NCBI GenBank assembly: GCA_965215885.1
Contig: CBDCEW010000001.1
Coordinates: 1-27,486 of the forward strand
Direction of reading: 5' to 3'
DNA length: 27,486 bases
Source: Candidatus Moanibacter sp.
GTDB lineage: Bacteria > Verrucomicrobiota > Verrucomicrobiia > Opitutales > UBA2987
The notes under the pieces are model-generated. The model saw only the letters and a list, made by a program, of their open reading frames with translations. It did no database searches and was not told where the DNA came from. The position numbers and the translations under genes are program-made. Positions 27,105-27,486 of this stretch are shown piece after piece. Positions within the stretch are counted from its first letter, which is position 1. Each line of letters starts with the position of its first letter.

Positions 27105-27486
27105 AGGCACTGATCGATGTGTTGCCCGGTCTGCGAATGCCGGTTTCGCAAGTGACTTCCACTCTGGCGCGGATTCGAGGGGCAGATTGGGAGGAAGGAG
27201 ACGAACCGCCCTCTGAGTTTCATGCCTCGCAAATGAATCTCATTCTACATTTCGGCTTAGAAACGACCGAGGAAGAGGCTTGGGAAAAGTTCGATACGGC
27301 GATACGATTTGCTCAGCGGCACCCGTGCCGTATAATCGTTCTGTGTCCCGAGGAGAGTAATCGCCATGAAGTTCTCCTGGAAGGGAAATTCTACAGCCAA
27401 TGTTTCATCGGACGCACTCAAGACGAGAGAGTGTGCTGCGAGGCGCTGATGTTGGGCTATCCCACAAGTGAATCCGATTTTCTTGA
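27101..27486 (+). CDS. opcA: OpcA-like glucose-6-phosphate dehydrogenase assembly protein (5' part, runs off the window)
   Basis: Not in the track. GTG 27101 overlaps the zwf stop (GTGA) and reads open to the end: MKALIDVLPGLRMPVSQVTSTLARI..HASQMNLILHFG..FAQRHPCRIIVLCP..CCEALMLG. HPCR.IVL and the position after zwf fit OpcA. Confidence 0.8.
   Translation, partial: MKALIDVLPGLRMPVSQVTSTLARIRGADWEEGDEPPSEFHASQMNLILHFGLETTEEEAWEKFDTAIRFAQRHPCRIIVLCPEESNRHEVLLEGKFYSQCFIGRTQDERVCCEALMLGYPTSESDFL

Overview
Bacterial chromosomal window, probably a Verrucomicrobiota/Opitutales-like genome (inferred from the DUF5069-like protein, the zwf-opcA-type pair and PVC-style intergenic repeats). Left to right: the 5' end of a minus-strand ORF (possibly a transposase); a tandem double DUF5069-like protein; a repeat- and hairpin-rich intergenic region with a candidate structured RNA; a three-gene module of ECF sigma factor, anti-sigma/vWA(MIDAS)-DUF3520 membrane protein and a giant (~2,200 aa) internally duplicated membrane protein; a BNR/Asp-box sialidase-like protein; a nucleoside hydrolase lacking a canonical start codon; a small secreted EHP-repeat protein; a MASE1-PAS-PAS histidine kinase; a ~2 kb indel-riddled tandem copy of the kinase-end/MFS/pilB-end segment (most likely an assembly artefact); a frameshifted MFS transporter; a GAF-PilB/GspE ATPase; yraN; zwf; and partial opcA. 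The best candidates for new biology are the ECF/anti-sigma-vWA/giant repeat protein system and a family of nested REP-like modules, one of which sits in frame inside the giant gene. All family assignments come from motif recognition by eye; no searches were run.
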